The notes beneath the pieces are model-generated. The model did not search any database, was not told the DNA's origin, and saw nothing but the letters and a program-made list of their open reading frames with translations. DNA of 64,000 nucleotides from Actinomycetes bacterium (GTDB taxonomy: Bacteria; Actinomycetota; Coriobacteriia; WRKU01; WQUG01), in the NCBI GenBank assembly GCA_031272275.1, contig JAISUC010000012.1, positions 2,052-66,051 on the forward strand, read 5' to 3'. Shown piece by piece: positions 54,957 through 64,000 of the stretch. Each line of letters starts with the position of its first letter. Position 1 is the stretch's first letter. Position numbers and translations under genes: made by a program.

Positions 54957-55201
54957 AGTAATTTCCGGTTCCGGGATCTCGGTGGGGTGACTGGGGTCCC
55001 GGAATTCGGAAACACGGATGTAACAATTATATTTATTGAAACATAATTACAACTTTGGATTGTATTTCGGCAACTTGATTTTGTAATTAATTGACTTGAG
55101 TGTAAAGCGGGTTTATAGCGTATTATCACTGTCGTAGCGGCCGGGTCGCGGGGACCGGGCCTTCAAACCCTCCGGTATACAACCGGTGTGAAGAAAGGAT
55201 T

Positions 55202-55921
55202 GTGAGGCGCATGATTGTCTCAGAACCGATTGGTAGGGCTGATGAGGAACGCTTTGGCGAATTGGTCGCCGACCCCGTTCACATCGAGTGGTATAACACG
55301 CAAAAGGCTGTTGACGTGCGTCGTTCCTCCAAAGGAACTGAAATCGGTCTGCGCCCGAATGAGGACACTCTGGCGCGCGGGTGGTATCAGGGCGACGTGC
55401 TGTATGCCGATGACGAGGTCTGCGTCATGGTTGTCATCGACGCCGGCGACTGCATCGCCATCAGCGCACCCGATGCCGAAACGATGCTGCCCGCGGTTTA
55501 TGAAATCGGCAACCGCCACGCACCGCTGTTTTCATCCGCGGGAAATCTGTTGCGCTTGTTGACCCCGTACGAGGAACCGCTGATGCGTCTGCTGGCAAAG
55601 CTTCCGGTGTCCGTAGAGCGTTGCGAAGACTACCTGTTGGCGGAGTATCGGATTTCGAACACCAAAGGGCATAGCCACGCACACGATGACGGCGGCTATG
55701 ACGGACATGGTGGGGCGCCCGATGCGCAGTTTTATGCAGAAAACGGATCCGGGGATGCGACAGCGGATGCGGACGATGTGCATAATCACGAACCTGCTGT
55801 GCATATTCACGAACACGGTCACGGCGGTCATGACCACGGGCACAGCCACAGTCACGCGCACGACCATGACCGGGAACACGGCCACCTGAATCACAATCAT
55901 TCGCACGGATGTGGGGAGTAA
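55202..55921 (+). CDS. ureE: Urease accessory metallochaperone UreE with His-rich C-terminal tail
   Basis: YEIGNRHAPLF motif. C-terminal HEHGHGGHDHGHSHSHAHDHDREHGHLNHNHSHGCGE. GTG start with AAAGGA RBS (alternative ATG at 55211). Confidence 0.85.
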   Translation: MRRMIVSEPIGRADEERFGELVADPVHIEWYNTQKAVDVRRSSKGTEIGLRPNEDTLARGWYQGDVLYADDEVCVMVVIDAGDCIAISAPDAETMLPAVYEIGNRHAPLFSSAGNLLRLLTPYEEPLMRLLAKLPVSVERCEDYLLAEYRISNTKGHSHAHDDGGYDGHGGAPDAQFYAENGSGDATADADDVHNHEPAVHIHEHGHGGHDHGHSHSHAHDHDREHGHLNHNHSHGCGE

Positions 55922-55923
55922 TC

Positions 55924-56643
55924 ATGACGCAGACTTTCTTGCTGTTGCAAATCAACGACGCCGCCTTCCCGGTGGGAGCCTTTACCCATTCCTTCGGGCT
56001 GGAAACCTATATTCTGGACAAGAAAATCCCCGATGCGGATGCCGCATTGCGCTACATCACACAAAACCTCTTCGGCTCGTATCTGTATTCGGATCTGCTG
56101 CCGGTGAAACTGGCGTGGCAGGCGACTCGCACGGGCAATCTGAACGATCTGGTCAAGCTCGAAGAGCTGCTGTATGCCTCGCGCTCGCCGCGCGAGACGC
56201 GCGAGGCCCAGTGCAAGCTGGGCAACCGTTTCGCCAAGGCCGCCCTGCTGTTGGACGGAGAGGCCGACGGCAGCGTGGGTCGTGACGGCGGCGACGCGCC
56301 CGAGGCCAGTTTCTTTGCACGTTACCTGGATGCGGTGGGTCGCATGGCCTCGCGTCCGGTTGCCTATAGTGTTTTTTGCACGACGCACGACATCGTCTTG
56401 AACGACGCCTTATCCAGTTACCTCTATGCACATGTCTCCAGCATGGTGACTTGCTGCTTAAAGACCGTACCCCTGAGTCAAACGGACGGCCAAAAGATTC
56501 TCGACCGGATTCGACCGCGTTATCCCGAGCTCTTGGCTGCTCTGGAGAACCTGAACGAATCGGATCTCGCACGGTCATGCCCGGGATTAGAGCTGCGTTC
56601 CATGCAACACGAGCGGCTGTATTCCCGCATGTATATGTCCTGA
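55924..56643 (+). CDS. ureF: Urease accessory protein UreF
   Basis: LLLQINDAAFPVGAFTHSFGLETYI is the UreF N-terminus. GGGGAG RBS. Confidence 0.85.
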   Translation: MTQTFLLLQINDAAFPVGAFTHSFGLETYILDKKIPDADAALRYITQNLFGSYLYSDLLPVKLAWQATRTGNLNDLVKLEELLYASRSPRETREAQCKLGNRFAKAALLLDGEADGSVGRDGGDAPEASFFARYLDAVGRMASRPVAYSVFCTTHDIVLNDALSSYLYAHVSSMVTCCLKTVPLSQTDGQKILDRIRPRYPELLAALENLNESDLARSCPGLELRSMQHERLYSRMYMS

Positions 56644-56682
56644 CAGGCTAGAAGGCGAAGTAGAGTAACGGAGGTTGTAAGT

Positions 56683-57294
56683 ATGAGGAAGTATGTAAAG
56701 ATCGGTGTAGCAGGTCCCGTGGGGTCCGGGAAGACCGCCTTGGTGGAAATCCTGACGCGACGCATGTCCGGTGACTATAGCATTTGTGCGGTTACCAACG
56801 ACATCTACACCAAAGAAGACGCCGAGTTCCTGGCAAAGAACAGCGTCCTGCCCAAAGAACGCATCCTGGGCGTGGAAACCGGCGGCTGCCCGCACACCGC
56901 GATTCGCGAGGATGCCTCGATGAACATCGAGGCGGTCGAGGAACTGGCCGAGCGTTTCCCCGATACGGAAATCATGTTCATGGAAAGCGGCGGCGATAAC
57001 CTGTCGGCAACCTTCAGCCCCGAGCTGGCCGACGTCACGATTTTCGTCATCGACGTATCCGCCGGAGACAAGATCCCCCGTAAAGGCGGTCCGGGTATCA
57101 CGCGCAGCGATCTCTTGGTGATTAACAAGATCGACCTGGCTCCCTACATCGGCGCCAGCTTGGAGGTCATGGATCGCGACGCACGCAAGATGCGCGGTGA
57201 CAAGCCCTTTATTTTCACCAATATCAAGACCGGCGAAAACGTTGATCAGGTCATCGACTGGATCAAAAAGAACGCTCTGCTGGAAGGGGTTTAA
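56683..57294 (+). CDS. ureG: Urease accessory GTPase UreG
   Basis: [18 protein letters not shown]-loop. ESGGDNL. CPH nickel-binding motif. Confidence 0.95.
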   Translation: MRKYVKIGVAGPVGSGKTALVEILTRRMSGDYSICAVTNDIYTKEDAEFLAKNSVLPKERILGVETGGCPHTAIREDASMNIEAVEELAERFPDTEIMFMESGGDNLSATFSPELADVTIFVIDVSAGDKIPRKGGPGITRSDLLVINKIDLAPYIGASLEVMDRDARKMRGDKPFIFTNIKTGENVDQVIDWIKKNALLEGV

Positions 57295-57369
57295 GTACCG
57301 TGTCTGCCAATAAACTTTGGCCGCAAAAGTGAACTGAAGCTGGGAATCGTCGCAGGCGAACAGCGTTCG

Positions 57370-58131
57370 TTGGCACGCGATATTTCCTTCACCTCGCCCT
57401 TTAAGATCACCCACCCCTTCTATGAGGAGAAAACCGGGTTGCTGCGTATCATGACCATCGCGGTTGCAGCCGGTATCATGGCTGGTGATGCGCAAGACAT
57501 TGAAATCAGTGTCGGCACCGGTGCCGAGGCCGAGGTATTCAGTCAGGCCTTTGAGAAAATCCACAAAATGGAGGACGGTCAGTACGCGACACGCGACACG
57601 CACCTGATTGTCGCCTCTGACGCGCGGCTGATTTACGCCCCGCTGCCGGTCATTCCTTTCGCCGCATCGGATTTCCGCGGCGAGATGGTGGTGGCACTGG
57701 CGGACGACAGCTCGCGCCTGTTGCTGAGTGACGTGGTGACATCCGGACGTGTTGCCATGGGCGAATCGTTCCAGTACCACTCATTCCGCAATCGCACGCG
57801 CATCTATCGCGCAGGCGATTTGATCTACAACGACAACCTGGTTATCAAACCTGCAGAACTGGGACAGGTCGGCGTGGACCCGTCTGATTTCTGCCTGTTC
57901 GAGGGCTACACGCACCAGAGTACAGTGTTGGTGGCAGATCCCGTTGTAGGCGAAGCGTTTGAAACGAAGGTCAACGAACTGCTGGCCGCTGAAGGCGAGC
58001 TGGCGGGCGCGGCAACCACGACCGGTCACGGTCTGTTGTGTGTCCGCATGTTGGCAAACGAGTCGGAACCCCTGCTGCATGCGCGCGATCGCATCAGCAA
58101 GCTGATTGATGAGATGACGGAAGCACTGTAG
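57370..58131 (+). CDS. ureD: Urease accessory protein UreD/UreH (N-terminus probably longer, see findings)
   Basis: UreD-like. The in-frame region upstream (57304-57369) encodes UreD-like N-terminal residues but has no ATG/GTG. Only TTG at 57370 or CTG at 57304/57334 are available as start codons. Confidence 0.75.
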   Translation: MARDISFTSPFKITHPFYEEKTGLLRIMTIAVAAGIMAGDAQDIEISVGTGAEAEVFSQAFEKIHKMEDGQYATRDTHLIVASDARLIYAPLPVIPFAASDFRGEMVVALADDSSRLLLSDVVTSGRVAMGESFQYHSFRNRTRIYRAGDLIYNDNLVIKPAELGQVGVDPSDFCLFEGYTHQSTVLVADPVVGEAFETKVNELLAAEGELAGAATTTGHGLLCVRMLANESEPLLHARDRISKLIDEMTEAL

Positions 58132-58202
58132 AGCGATGTATCAGCTGACGCGGAAAAATTCCTGGGAGGGGGGGGCTCATAGAGCGCTTTTCGCGCGCGC
58201 TG

Positions 58203-58409
58203 CTACAGTTCGTCCCCCTCATCGGGGAGAATCAGGCTGTCCATCGTCACGCCATACAGGCGTGACAACAGGTAAAAGGTCTTTGTAGATGGATTGGTCC
58301 TCCCAAATTCCGCGTTCGCCAAAGAGGCTTCGGTTATACCGACCTTCGCGGCAACTTCGCGCCGGGTCATTCCGGCAGCCTTTCGGGCTTCAAGCAGTAA
58401 TAGGCGCAT
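58203..58409 (-). CDS. XRE-family HTH transcriptional regulator (68 aa)
   Basis: MTRREVAAKVGITEASLANAEFGRTNPS helix-turn-helix. Confidence 0.7.
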   Translation of the reverse strand: MRLLLLEARKAAGMTRREVAAKVGITEASLANAEFGRTNPSTKTFYLLSRLYGVTMDSLILPDEGDEL

Positions 58410-58590
58410 TGCGCCACATCCTCTCTTGTCACTCGCAGCACAAACTCGTGAGTTATTCTATCGGTTCTGTCCTGTATAAGCAACAAGAAACTTCGAGAAA
58501 GAATCTTTCACAAGCGAAACAGGGCATTGTAATTACCGATCAGCTCTACATCCATAAGCACGCTGCCGAGAAAGGAATAAGGAGGGACAC

Positions 58591-58824
58591 GTGTATCTGA
58601 ACAACCTGAAATCCCTGCGTTTGCTGCGGGGGGCGACCCAAGTCGAGGTCGCAGAAGCCCTGAATGTGGCACTGGCGTCCTATGGGCGCTGGGAACGAAT
58701 GGAATCAAACCCGAGCCTGACTCATCTGGTCGAGCTGGCTCAGTATTTCGAAGTACCTATCGAAGAGCTCTTTCATGCCGAGGAAACGGATCGCCTCTCC
58801 ACTCCGTTCCTTTTGGCGGGCTAA
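58591..58824 (+). CDS. XRE-family HTH transcriptional regulator (77 aa), divergent from the previous gene
   Basis: GTG start preceded by AAGGAGGGA. ATQVEVAEALNVALASYGRWE HTH. Confidence 0.7.
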   Translation: MYLNNLKSLRLLRGATQVEVAEALNVALASYGRWERMESNPSLTHLVELAQYFEVPIEELFHAEETDRLSTPFLLAG

Positions 58825-59040
58825 TCGATAGGACCATAGCGTCCGGTCGGCGGCAGCGCTTCCCTCTCCCTCAATCTTTTGTCGCTGCCGTCGACTACGC
58901 CTAGCCGCTTTGACCGGACCCGTCCGGTCATGTGCAGGGGAGAGCATACGGGAAGGCATACGCAAACGCGTAACGGAAGACCTACGCAAAGGCAAAGCGG
59001 AACGCACAGAGGAAGGCTTACAGGAAAGGGGTCACTCTGA

Positions 59041-59427
59041 ATGGTGTGCCAACAGCATAACGGAGCAGGGATGCCCGATCGGATCGCAACCGGCTCCCGG
59101 GATCACCGGGCGCTTAGTGCCGAATATCACAGCTTTATCAAGTCGCTGAATGGAGCCTGCGCCCATCGCAATTTCCTGATCGATGCCCGCGGAATCAAAC
59201 ACCCCATCGACTGCATCGAAAGCGTCTATGAAGACGAGCGCGGTCACGTGCATTTCCGCTGTGGGCACGCGACGCTGCACCGGGTCTTTCCCGCACCGCT
59301 CGAATCCTATATCGCAGCTGTCATCAAAGCGATCGAAATGCCTGAATCGGCGGTCGCCATGGTCGACACAACCGGAAACGCCGTCGCTATTCCCTACACC
59401 GAATACCTGAACACCTACAACTACTGA
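59041..59427 (+). CDS. Hypothetical protein (128 aa; possibly starting at the MPDRIA Met)
   Basis: ORF downstream of the XRE gene. No family recognised. Confidence 0.35.
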   Translation: MVCQQHNGAGMPDRIATGSRDHRALSAEYHSFIKSLNGACAHRNFLIDARGIKHPIDCIESVYEDERGHVHFRCGHATLHRVFPAPLESYIAAVIKAIEMPESAVAMVDTTGNAVAIPYTEYLNTYNY

Positions 59428-59465
59428 GCGCACCCACCCTTACCGAGCGCGACAGCGCCCCGCTC

Positions 59466-59792
59466 TTACCGTGCCCGGCGTATCGCGGCTCCGATGCTCT
59501 GCGCGATGGCGCCCGCCAACAGATACCCCGCCGCATAAATCAAGGCCGAGCTGTTATACAGCCATCCGAAACACAACGGAATATACAGCACGGGCGCATA
59601 CAACAACACCGGCCACATAAACCCGCGCCGCGCGGCATAGACCAGCTGTACGACCACAATGACGACCGGATTGATGACCAACAGCGTAAACGGCGCCGCC
59701 TCCGCCGGTGAAAACACCCCCCACGCATAGAACAGCACCGCGCACACCACGGCGACAGGCCAGCTGCTTTTTACCAGGGTCTTGATATCCAT
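59466..59792 (-). CDS. Small hypothetical membrane protein (about 108 aa from MDIKTLV)
   Basis: GGGGGTG RBS. Three hydrophobic helices. The longer six-frame ORF (to 60122) overlaps capA and is unlikely to be real. Confidence 0.4.
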   Translation of the reverse strand: MDIKTLVKSSWPVAVVCAVLFYAWGVFSPAEAAPFTLLVINPVVIVVVQLVYAARRGFMWPVLLYAPVLYIPLCFGWLYNSSALIYAAGYLLAGAIAQSIGAAIRRAR

Positions 59793-59829
59793 CACCCCCA
59801 GTATAGCTGTTTCTGCGATACTGATAGGC

Positions 59830-60942
59830 ATGAAAACACACACGAAAACACCGGCGAAAACACCGCTCGGAACACGCCTGCTCTTGACCGCAATCGCTGC
59901 GCTGGTTGCGCTGCTCATCGGGGGAATCGGGGCGGGTACGTCCCCGGCCTTTGCCACAGAAACGACCGCGACTGCAACGGAAACCACCCCCGTGGCGCGC
60001 CCCGACATCAGCATCGTTTGCGTCGGGGACATGACTTTCAGTCGCAGCGGCGGCGTGCGTTTCGGGAAACCGACCACCCTGCTGAAGCGGGTACGCTCGC
60101 AGCTACGTGCCGGCGATATCACCTACGGCAACCTGGAAACGCCGCTCTCCGGACGCGGTAAGCGGGCGGCAAAGACCTTTACGTTTCGCGGTCCGACCTC
60201 GGCGGCGGCGGCTTTGGCGGCAGCCGGGTTCGATGTGGTGTCAGTCGCGAACAACCACAGCCTGGACTATGGGCGCGTCGCGTTCAGTGACACGCGCAAG
60301 GCGCTTGCCCGGGCAAAGGTCCTGGCGGCGGGTGGCGGCGCCAATAAAAAGGCCGCGTGGAAACCGGTCGTCATCAAACGCAAAGGTGCGACCATCGCGT
60401 TTTTCGCTTTCAGCGAAATTACGCCCGCGTCCTTTGCGGCGACTGCGAAACGTTCGGGCTGCGCCTATACGCAAAACTTCGCCGCCGTCAAACGCGCCGT
60501 CAAAGCCGCCGCGAAAAAATACGATTACGTGGTGGTCGGCATGCACTGGGGGATAGAGCTCCGCGCCAATCCGACCGCACGACAGGTGCGCGAGGGGCGT
60601 GCGTTGATTCGGGCGGGTGCTGCGGCGGTACTGGGCAGCCACCCGCACGTTCTGGAAGGTGTGGAGTATTACAAGGGCGGCCTGATCGCCTATTCGATGG
60701 GCAATTTCGTGTTCAGCCCCGGCAGTGCTGCCGGCCGCGATACTGCGATTTTGAAACTGACCTTGACCGATACCGGCGTGAAATCGGTGACGGCACGACC
60801 GGTGCGTATCGTCGGCTTCACGCCGAAGGTTCAGAAGGGGGCGTCCGGCAAACGCATCCTGAAGCTGTTAAAGGTGCGCTCAAAGGCGCGCGGCACCCGC
60901 GTCACCATCCGGGGCAACACGGCGACCTTTAAGAAACGCTAG
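59830..60942 (+). CDS. capA: CapA/PgsA-family metallophosphatase-like protein (poly-gamma-glutamate synthesis/capsule-type), secreted
   Basis: Signal peptide. VCVGDMTFS, GNLETPLS and VVSVANNHSLDYG motifs. Confidence 0.8.
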   Translation: MKTHTKTPAKTPLGTRLLLTAIAALVALLIGGIGAGTSPAFATETTATATETTPVARPDISIVCVGDMTFSRSGGVRFGKPTTLLKRVRSQLRAGDITYGNLETPLSGRGKRAAKTFTFRGPTSAAAALAAAGFDVVSVANNHSLDYGRVAFSDTRKALARAKVLAAGGGANKKAAWKPVVIKRKGATIAFFAFSEITPASFAATAKRSGCAYTQNFAAVKRAVKAAAKKYDYVVVGMHWGIELRANPTARQVREGRALIRAGAAAVLGSHPHVLEGVEYYKGGLIAYSMGNFVFSPGSAAGRDTAILKLTLTDTGVKSVTARPVRIVGFTPKVQKGASGKRILKLLKVRSKARGTRVTIRGNTATFKKR

Positions 60943-61031
60943 AAACGTCGCACCTCAATCGCCCCTCAATCCCCATCGGGGCGGCTTGCAATGCGCTACA
61001 CTGGTACGGTTACGCTATGAAAGGAACAGCA

Positions 61032-62099
61032 ATGTCACTGATTGAACAACTGACGGCGCTCGGCGCCGACGGGCTGGCGTCCATCGCTGCGGCGGACAGC
61101 GCCGCGGCACTTGATGCCGCCCGTGTCGACCTGCTGGGTAAAAAGGGACGCCTGACCGGCATCCTGCGCGGGTTGGGTGCCCTGCCTGCCGACGAACGTC
61201 CGGCGGTGGGTGCCGCTGCAAACCGGGTCAGGACCGCCATCGAGGACGCGCTGACCACGCGCAAGGCGGCACTGGATGCCGCAGCACTGGACGCGCAACT
61301 GGCGGCGGGTACCTTGGACATTACGCTCCCCGGTCGTGCCCGTCCCATCGGCGCACAGCACCTGATCAGCCGGATTCGCGACGAGATCGTCGAGGTCTTT
61401 TGTGGTATCGGCTACACGGTCGCAGAAGGACCCGAGGTCGAGCTGGACTTTTACAACTTCACGGCGCTGAATCACGAGCCGCAACATCCCGCACGCAGCG
61501 CGTCCGACACGTTTTATGTGGTCGACCGCAGCACGGATGCCGAAACCTGGACGGGTCCCGAACCGTCGGATGTATTGATGCGTACGCACACCTCACCTGT
61601 GCAGATTCGCACGATGGAGCACACGAAACCGCCGATTTACATTCTGGCACCGGGTAAAGTGTATCGCCGCGACGTGCCCGACCCCACACACCTGCCGCAG
61701 TTCACGCAGATGGAGGGTCTGGTGGTCGACCGCGACGTGACCTTTGCCGATCTGCGCGGGACGCTGGACTATCTGTGTCGCGAGATCTTCGGCTCGCAGG
61801 TTCGGACGCGCTTTCGTCCGCACTTCTTCCCCTTTACCGAGCCCTCGGCAGAGGTCGACGTCAGCTGCAACGTGTGCGGCGGGACGGGGTGTCGCACCTG
61901 CAAGGGAACCGGCTGGATCGAGATTCTGGGCTGCGGCATGGTGGACCCGAACGTGTTTGCCGCGGTCGGACTGGACCCCGAGGAATGGAGCGGTTTCGCA
62001 TTCGGCCTGGGAATCGACCGGATTGCGGCGTTGCGCTATGACTTGCCCGACATCCGCATGCTGGTCGAGGGCGACATGCGGTTCTTGCGGCAGTTTTAG
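61032..62099 (+). CDS. pheS: Phenylalanyl-tRNA synthetase alpha subunit
   Basis: Class II motifs, including FRPSYFPFTEPS and GFAFGLGIDR. AAAGGAA RBS before MSLIEQL. Confidence 0.95.
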   Translation: MSLIEQLTALGADGLASIAAADSAAALDAARVDLLGKKGRLTGILRGLGALPADERPAVGAAANRVRTAIEDALTTRKAALDAAALDAQLAAGTLDITLPGRARPIGAQHLISRIRDEIVEVFCGIGYTVAEGPEVELDFYNFTALNHEPQHPARSASDTFYVVDRSTDAETWTGPEPSDVLMRTHTSPVQIRTMEHTKPPIYILAPGKVYRRDVPDPTHLPQFTQMEGLVVDRDVTFADLRGTLDYLCREIFGSQVRTRFRPHFFPFTEPSAEVDVSCNVCGGTGCRTCKGTGWIEILGCGMVDPNVFAAVGLDPEEWSGFAFGLGIDRIAALRYDLPDIRMLVEGDMRFLRQF

Positions 62100-62134
62100 C
62101 ACCCGACGGCGTCCGGCCGTAGGCAGCAGCGTGC

Positions 62135-62149
62135 GGGACGCACTCCCCC
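62135..62149 (+). repeat. Family 1 15-mer GGGACGCACTCCCCC in the pheS-pheT spacer
   Basis: Read directly. Confidence 0.7.
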
Positions 62150-62218
62150 CCTCGATTGCGCAACGACCACGACCACGACCTGATTACGATGACGACGGAT
62201 TGACAGAAAGCAGAGACG

Positions 62219-64000
62219 ATGAAAGTTTCACTGAATTGGATGAAGGAGCTATTGCCCGGGCTGGCGGCATTCACCGCCGACCTGCCGGCTTTGTGCGACC
62301 GTTTGGATATGACCGGGACCGGCGTGGAGGGCATCACCAACACCGGGGCCGCGCTGGATCGGGTCGTCGTCGGGCAGATTACGGATAAGGTCAAGCACCC
62401 GAACGCGGACACGCTGTGGGTGACGACGGTCGATGTCGGTCAGGACGAGCCGCTGCAGATCGTCTGTGGCGCGCAGAACTTCAACGCCGGCGACAAGGTC
62501 CCGGTGGCGCTGGTGGGGGCGAGCCTGCCCAACGGTGTCACCATCAAGAAATCCAAGCTGCGCGGTGAGGTCAGCTGCGGCATGAACTGCAGCGCGCGCG
62601 AACTGGGGTTGGGCGACGACGCCGACGGCATCCTGATTTTGCCGGAGGACGCCCCGGTCGGGATGGCTTTCGGTGACTATCGCGGTATCAGTGACACCAT
62701 TCTGGATCTGGAGATTACGCCGAACCGACCCGATTGCCTGTCCATGCGCGGTTTGGCGCGTGAATTTTCGACGGTGCTGGGGATTGACGACGCTGTGCTG
62801 CCGCCGGTGCAGGTAAACGAAGTCGGCGGGTCGATTCACGATGCCGCCACGGTGACGGTGGCAGAGCCCGAGCTCTGTCCGCGCTATACGGCCCGTTTGA
62901 TTCGGAATGTGAAAATCGGTCCTTCGCCCGCCTGGTTGGCGGAACGCGTACAGGCAGCCGGTGCCCGCAGCATCAACAACGTGGTCGACATCACGAACTA
63001 CATTATGTTTCTGACCGGGCAACCTTTGCATGCGTTTGACTATGACCGCATCGCCAAAGGTGATGACGGTCGCGCGCAGGTCATTATCCGCCGCGCCCAC
63101 GCGGGCGAGACCATCACCACGCTGGATGACCAGTTGCGCCGATTGACGCCCGCGAATCAACTGATTACCGACCCGTCGGGTCCCATCACGTTGGCAGGAG
63201 TTATGGGTGCGGAAAACACCGAGGTCAAAGACGACACGGTGAATATTTTCCTGGAAGCCGCCGTGTTCCAACCGGAAATCACCAGCCGCACCAGCCGTGG
63301 CTTTGCGCTGTTGTCCGAGGCGTCGCTGCGCTATGAGCGCGGTGTCGACATCGAGCAGGTGCTTGATGCGCAGACGCGTGCCTGTGCGCTGATGGCGGAG
63401 CTATGTGGGGGAGAGGTCGCACCCGACGTGATCGACGTGTATCCGACGGTGCATCAGCGCCCCACGATTACGCTGCGCGGATCGCGGGTTCAGGCTTTGA
63501 TAGGCGAGCGCATTGCGCGCGAAACCTGCGAGGCGATGCTGACCGGTTTGGGGCTTACGGTCCAGGCGGCACCAACCCCGAAAGCGTTCGATGTCACCAT
63601 TCCGGCATTCCGCCCGGACCTGACGCGCGAGGTGGACCTGATTGAAGAGCTGTTACGCCTGCACGGTATGGAGCGCATTCAGGCGACCATGCCGCGCACG
63701 GCACACGCTGGGGGACTGTCGCCGCGCCAGCGCCTGCGTGCCCGACTGGAAACCGTGTTGCGCGCGGGTGGACTGAACGAGACGATGACGCTGCCCTTTG
63801 CAGACCCGGCAGACGGTGAGCGTTTCGGGTTGACGGATGAAAACGCCGGCGCGGCGGCACGCTTGCACAACCCCATGGCGAGCGATGCTTCCGAGCTCCG
63901 GCGTTTGCTGATAACCAACCTGTTGCACTCGGTTGCGCTGAACCTGTCGCGCGGGACCCGTAACGTGGCACTGTATGAGGTGGGCGCGGTGTTCACGGCG
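62219..64000 (+). CDS. pheT: Phenylalanyl-tRNA synthetase beta subunit (5' part; continues past the window end)
   Basis: MKVSLNWMKELLPGL... tRNA-binding OB domain HPNADTLWVTTVDVG. No stop before base 64000. Confidence 0.9.
   Translation, partial: MKVSLNWMKELLPGLAAFTADLPALCDRLDMTGTGVEGITNTGAALDRVVVGQITDKVKHPNADTLWVTTVDVGQDEPLQIVCGAQNFNAGDKVPVALVGASLPNGVTIKKSKLRGEVSCGMNCSARELGLGDDADGILILPEDAPVGMAFGDYRGISDTILDLEITPNRPDCLSMRGLAREFSTVLGIDDAVLPPVQVNEVGGSIHDAATVTVAEPELCPRYTARLIRNVKIGPSPAWLAERVQAAGARSINNVVDITNYIMFLTGQPLHAFDYDRIAKGDDGRAQVIIRRAHAGETITTLDDQLRRLTPANQLITDPSGPITLAGVMGAENTEVKDDTVNIFLEAAVFQPEITSRTSRGFALLSEASLRYERGVDIEQVLDAQTRACALMAELCGGEVAPDVIDVYPTVHQRPTITLRGSRVQALIGERIARETCEAMLTGLGLTVQAAPTPKAFDVTIPAFRPDLTREVDLIEELLRLHGMERIQATMPRTAHAGGLSPRQRLRARLETVLRAGGLNETMTLPFADPADGERFGLTDENAGAAARLHNPMASDASELRRLLITNLLHSVALNLSRGTRNVALYEVGAVFTA

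Noticed and set aside
4957-62149. Family 1 15-mer as a DNA uptake sequence
   Set aside because: The density (about 1 per 5 kb) resembles DUS/USS. However, uptake sequences are known only in Pasteurellaceae and Neisseriaceae, are scattered within genes, and here the copies cluster just upstream of start codons. No competence (type IVa pilus) genes were seen. Kept only as a remote alternative.
62249-63271. 340-aa ORF antisense to pheT
   Set aside because: pheT is unambiguous on the plus strand.

Overview
This is a high-GC bacterial chromosome segment with about 60 supportable genes. The gene order accC-asp23-nusB-xseB-dxs-tlyA-nadK-recN is Firmicutes-like in a GC-rich background, which suggests (inference) a Coriobacteriia-type anaerobic actinobacterium. 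Left to right: a truncated zincin-like protease gene; metA; tRNA-Ser(GCT) followed by about 9 kb that looks like a degraded integrative-element or defence-type island. The island holds a small HTH gene, a truncated phage Mu-F/ADP-ribosyltransferase gene, RhuM, a Cas4-like/DUF2779 nuclease preceded by 9-bp tandem repeats, a DIP1984-like small protein, a large CbxX-type AAA+ ATPase with an unknown N-terminal region, and a HigB/HigA pair. Next come a secreted beta-propeller protein, a DUF4430 lipoprotein and an ECF transporter (T, fused A-A', S); a MacAB-FtsX-like efflux system; tRNA-Asp; the amidohydrolase-serS operon; a ClC channel; a 1400-aa fused 2-hydroxyacyl-CoA-dehydratase/activase gene that appears to start at a non-canonical codon; tRNA-Arg; and a complete Tad (Flp) pilus locus followed by DUF192 and a small zinc-ribbon ORF. 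After these lie a two-subunit pyruvate-carboxylase/oxaloacetate-decarboxylase-like pair (pycB-like and accC), asp23-nusB-xseB-dxs-tlyA-nadK-recN, a urease cluster (ureABC, an Amt-family gene, ureEFGD), divergent XRE regulators, capA, pheS and the start of pheT. Two short repeat families are scattered through the intergenic regions: a 15-mer GGGACGYACTCCCCC in at least 13 copies, and a REP-like composite element (GTCATTGCGAG, a GC hairpin, CGGCAATAC) near the tRNAs. All calls rest on reading the sequence and recalling protein families; no database search was run.
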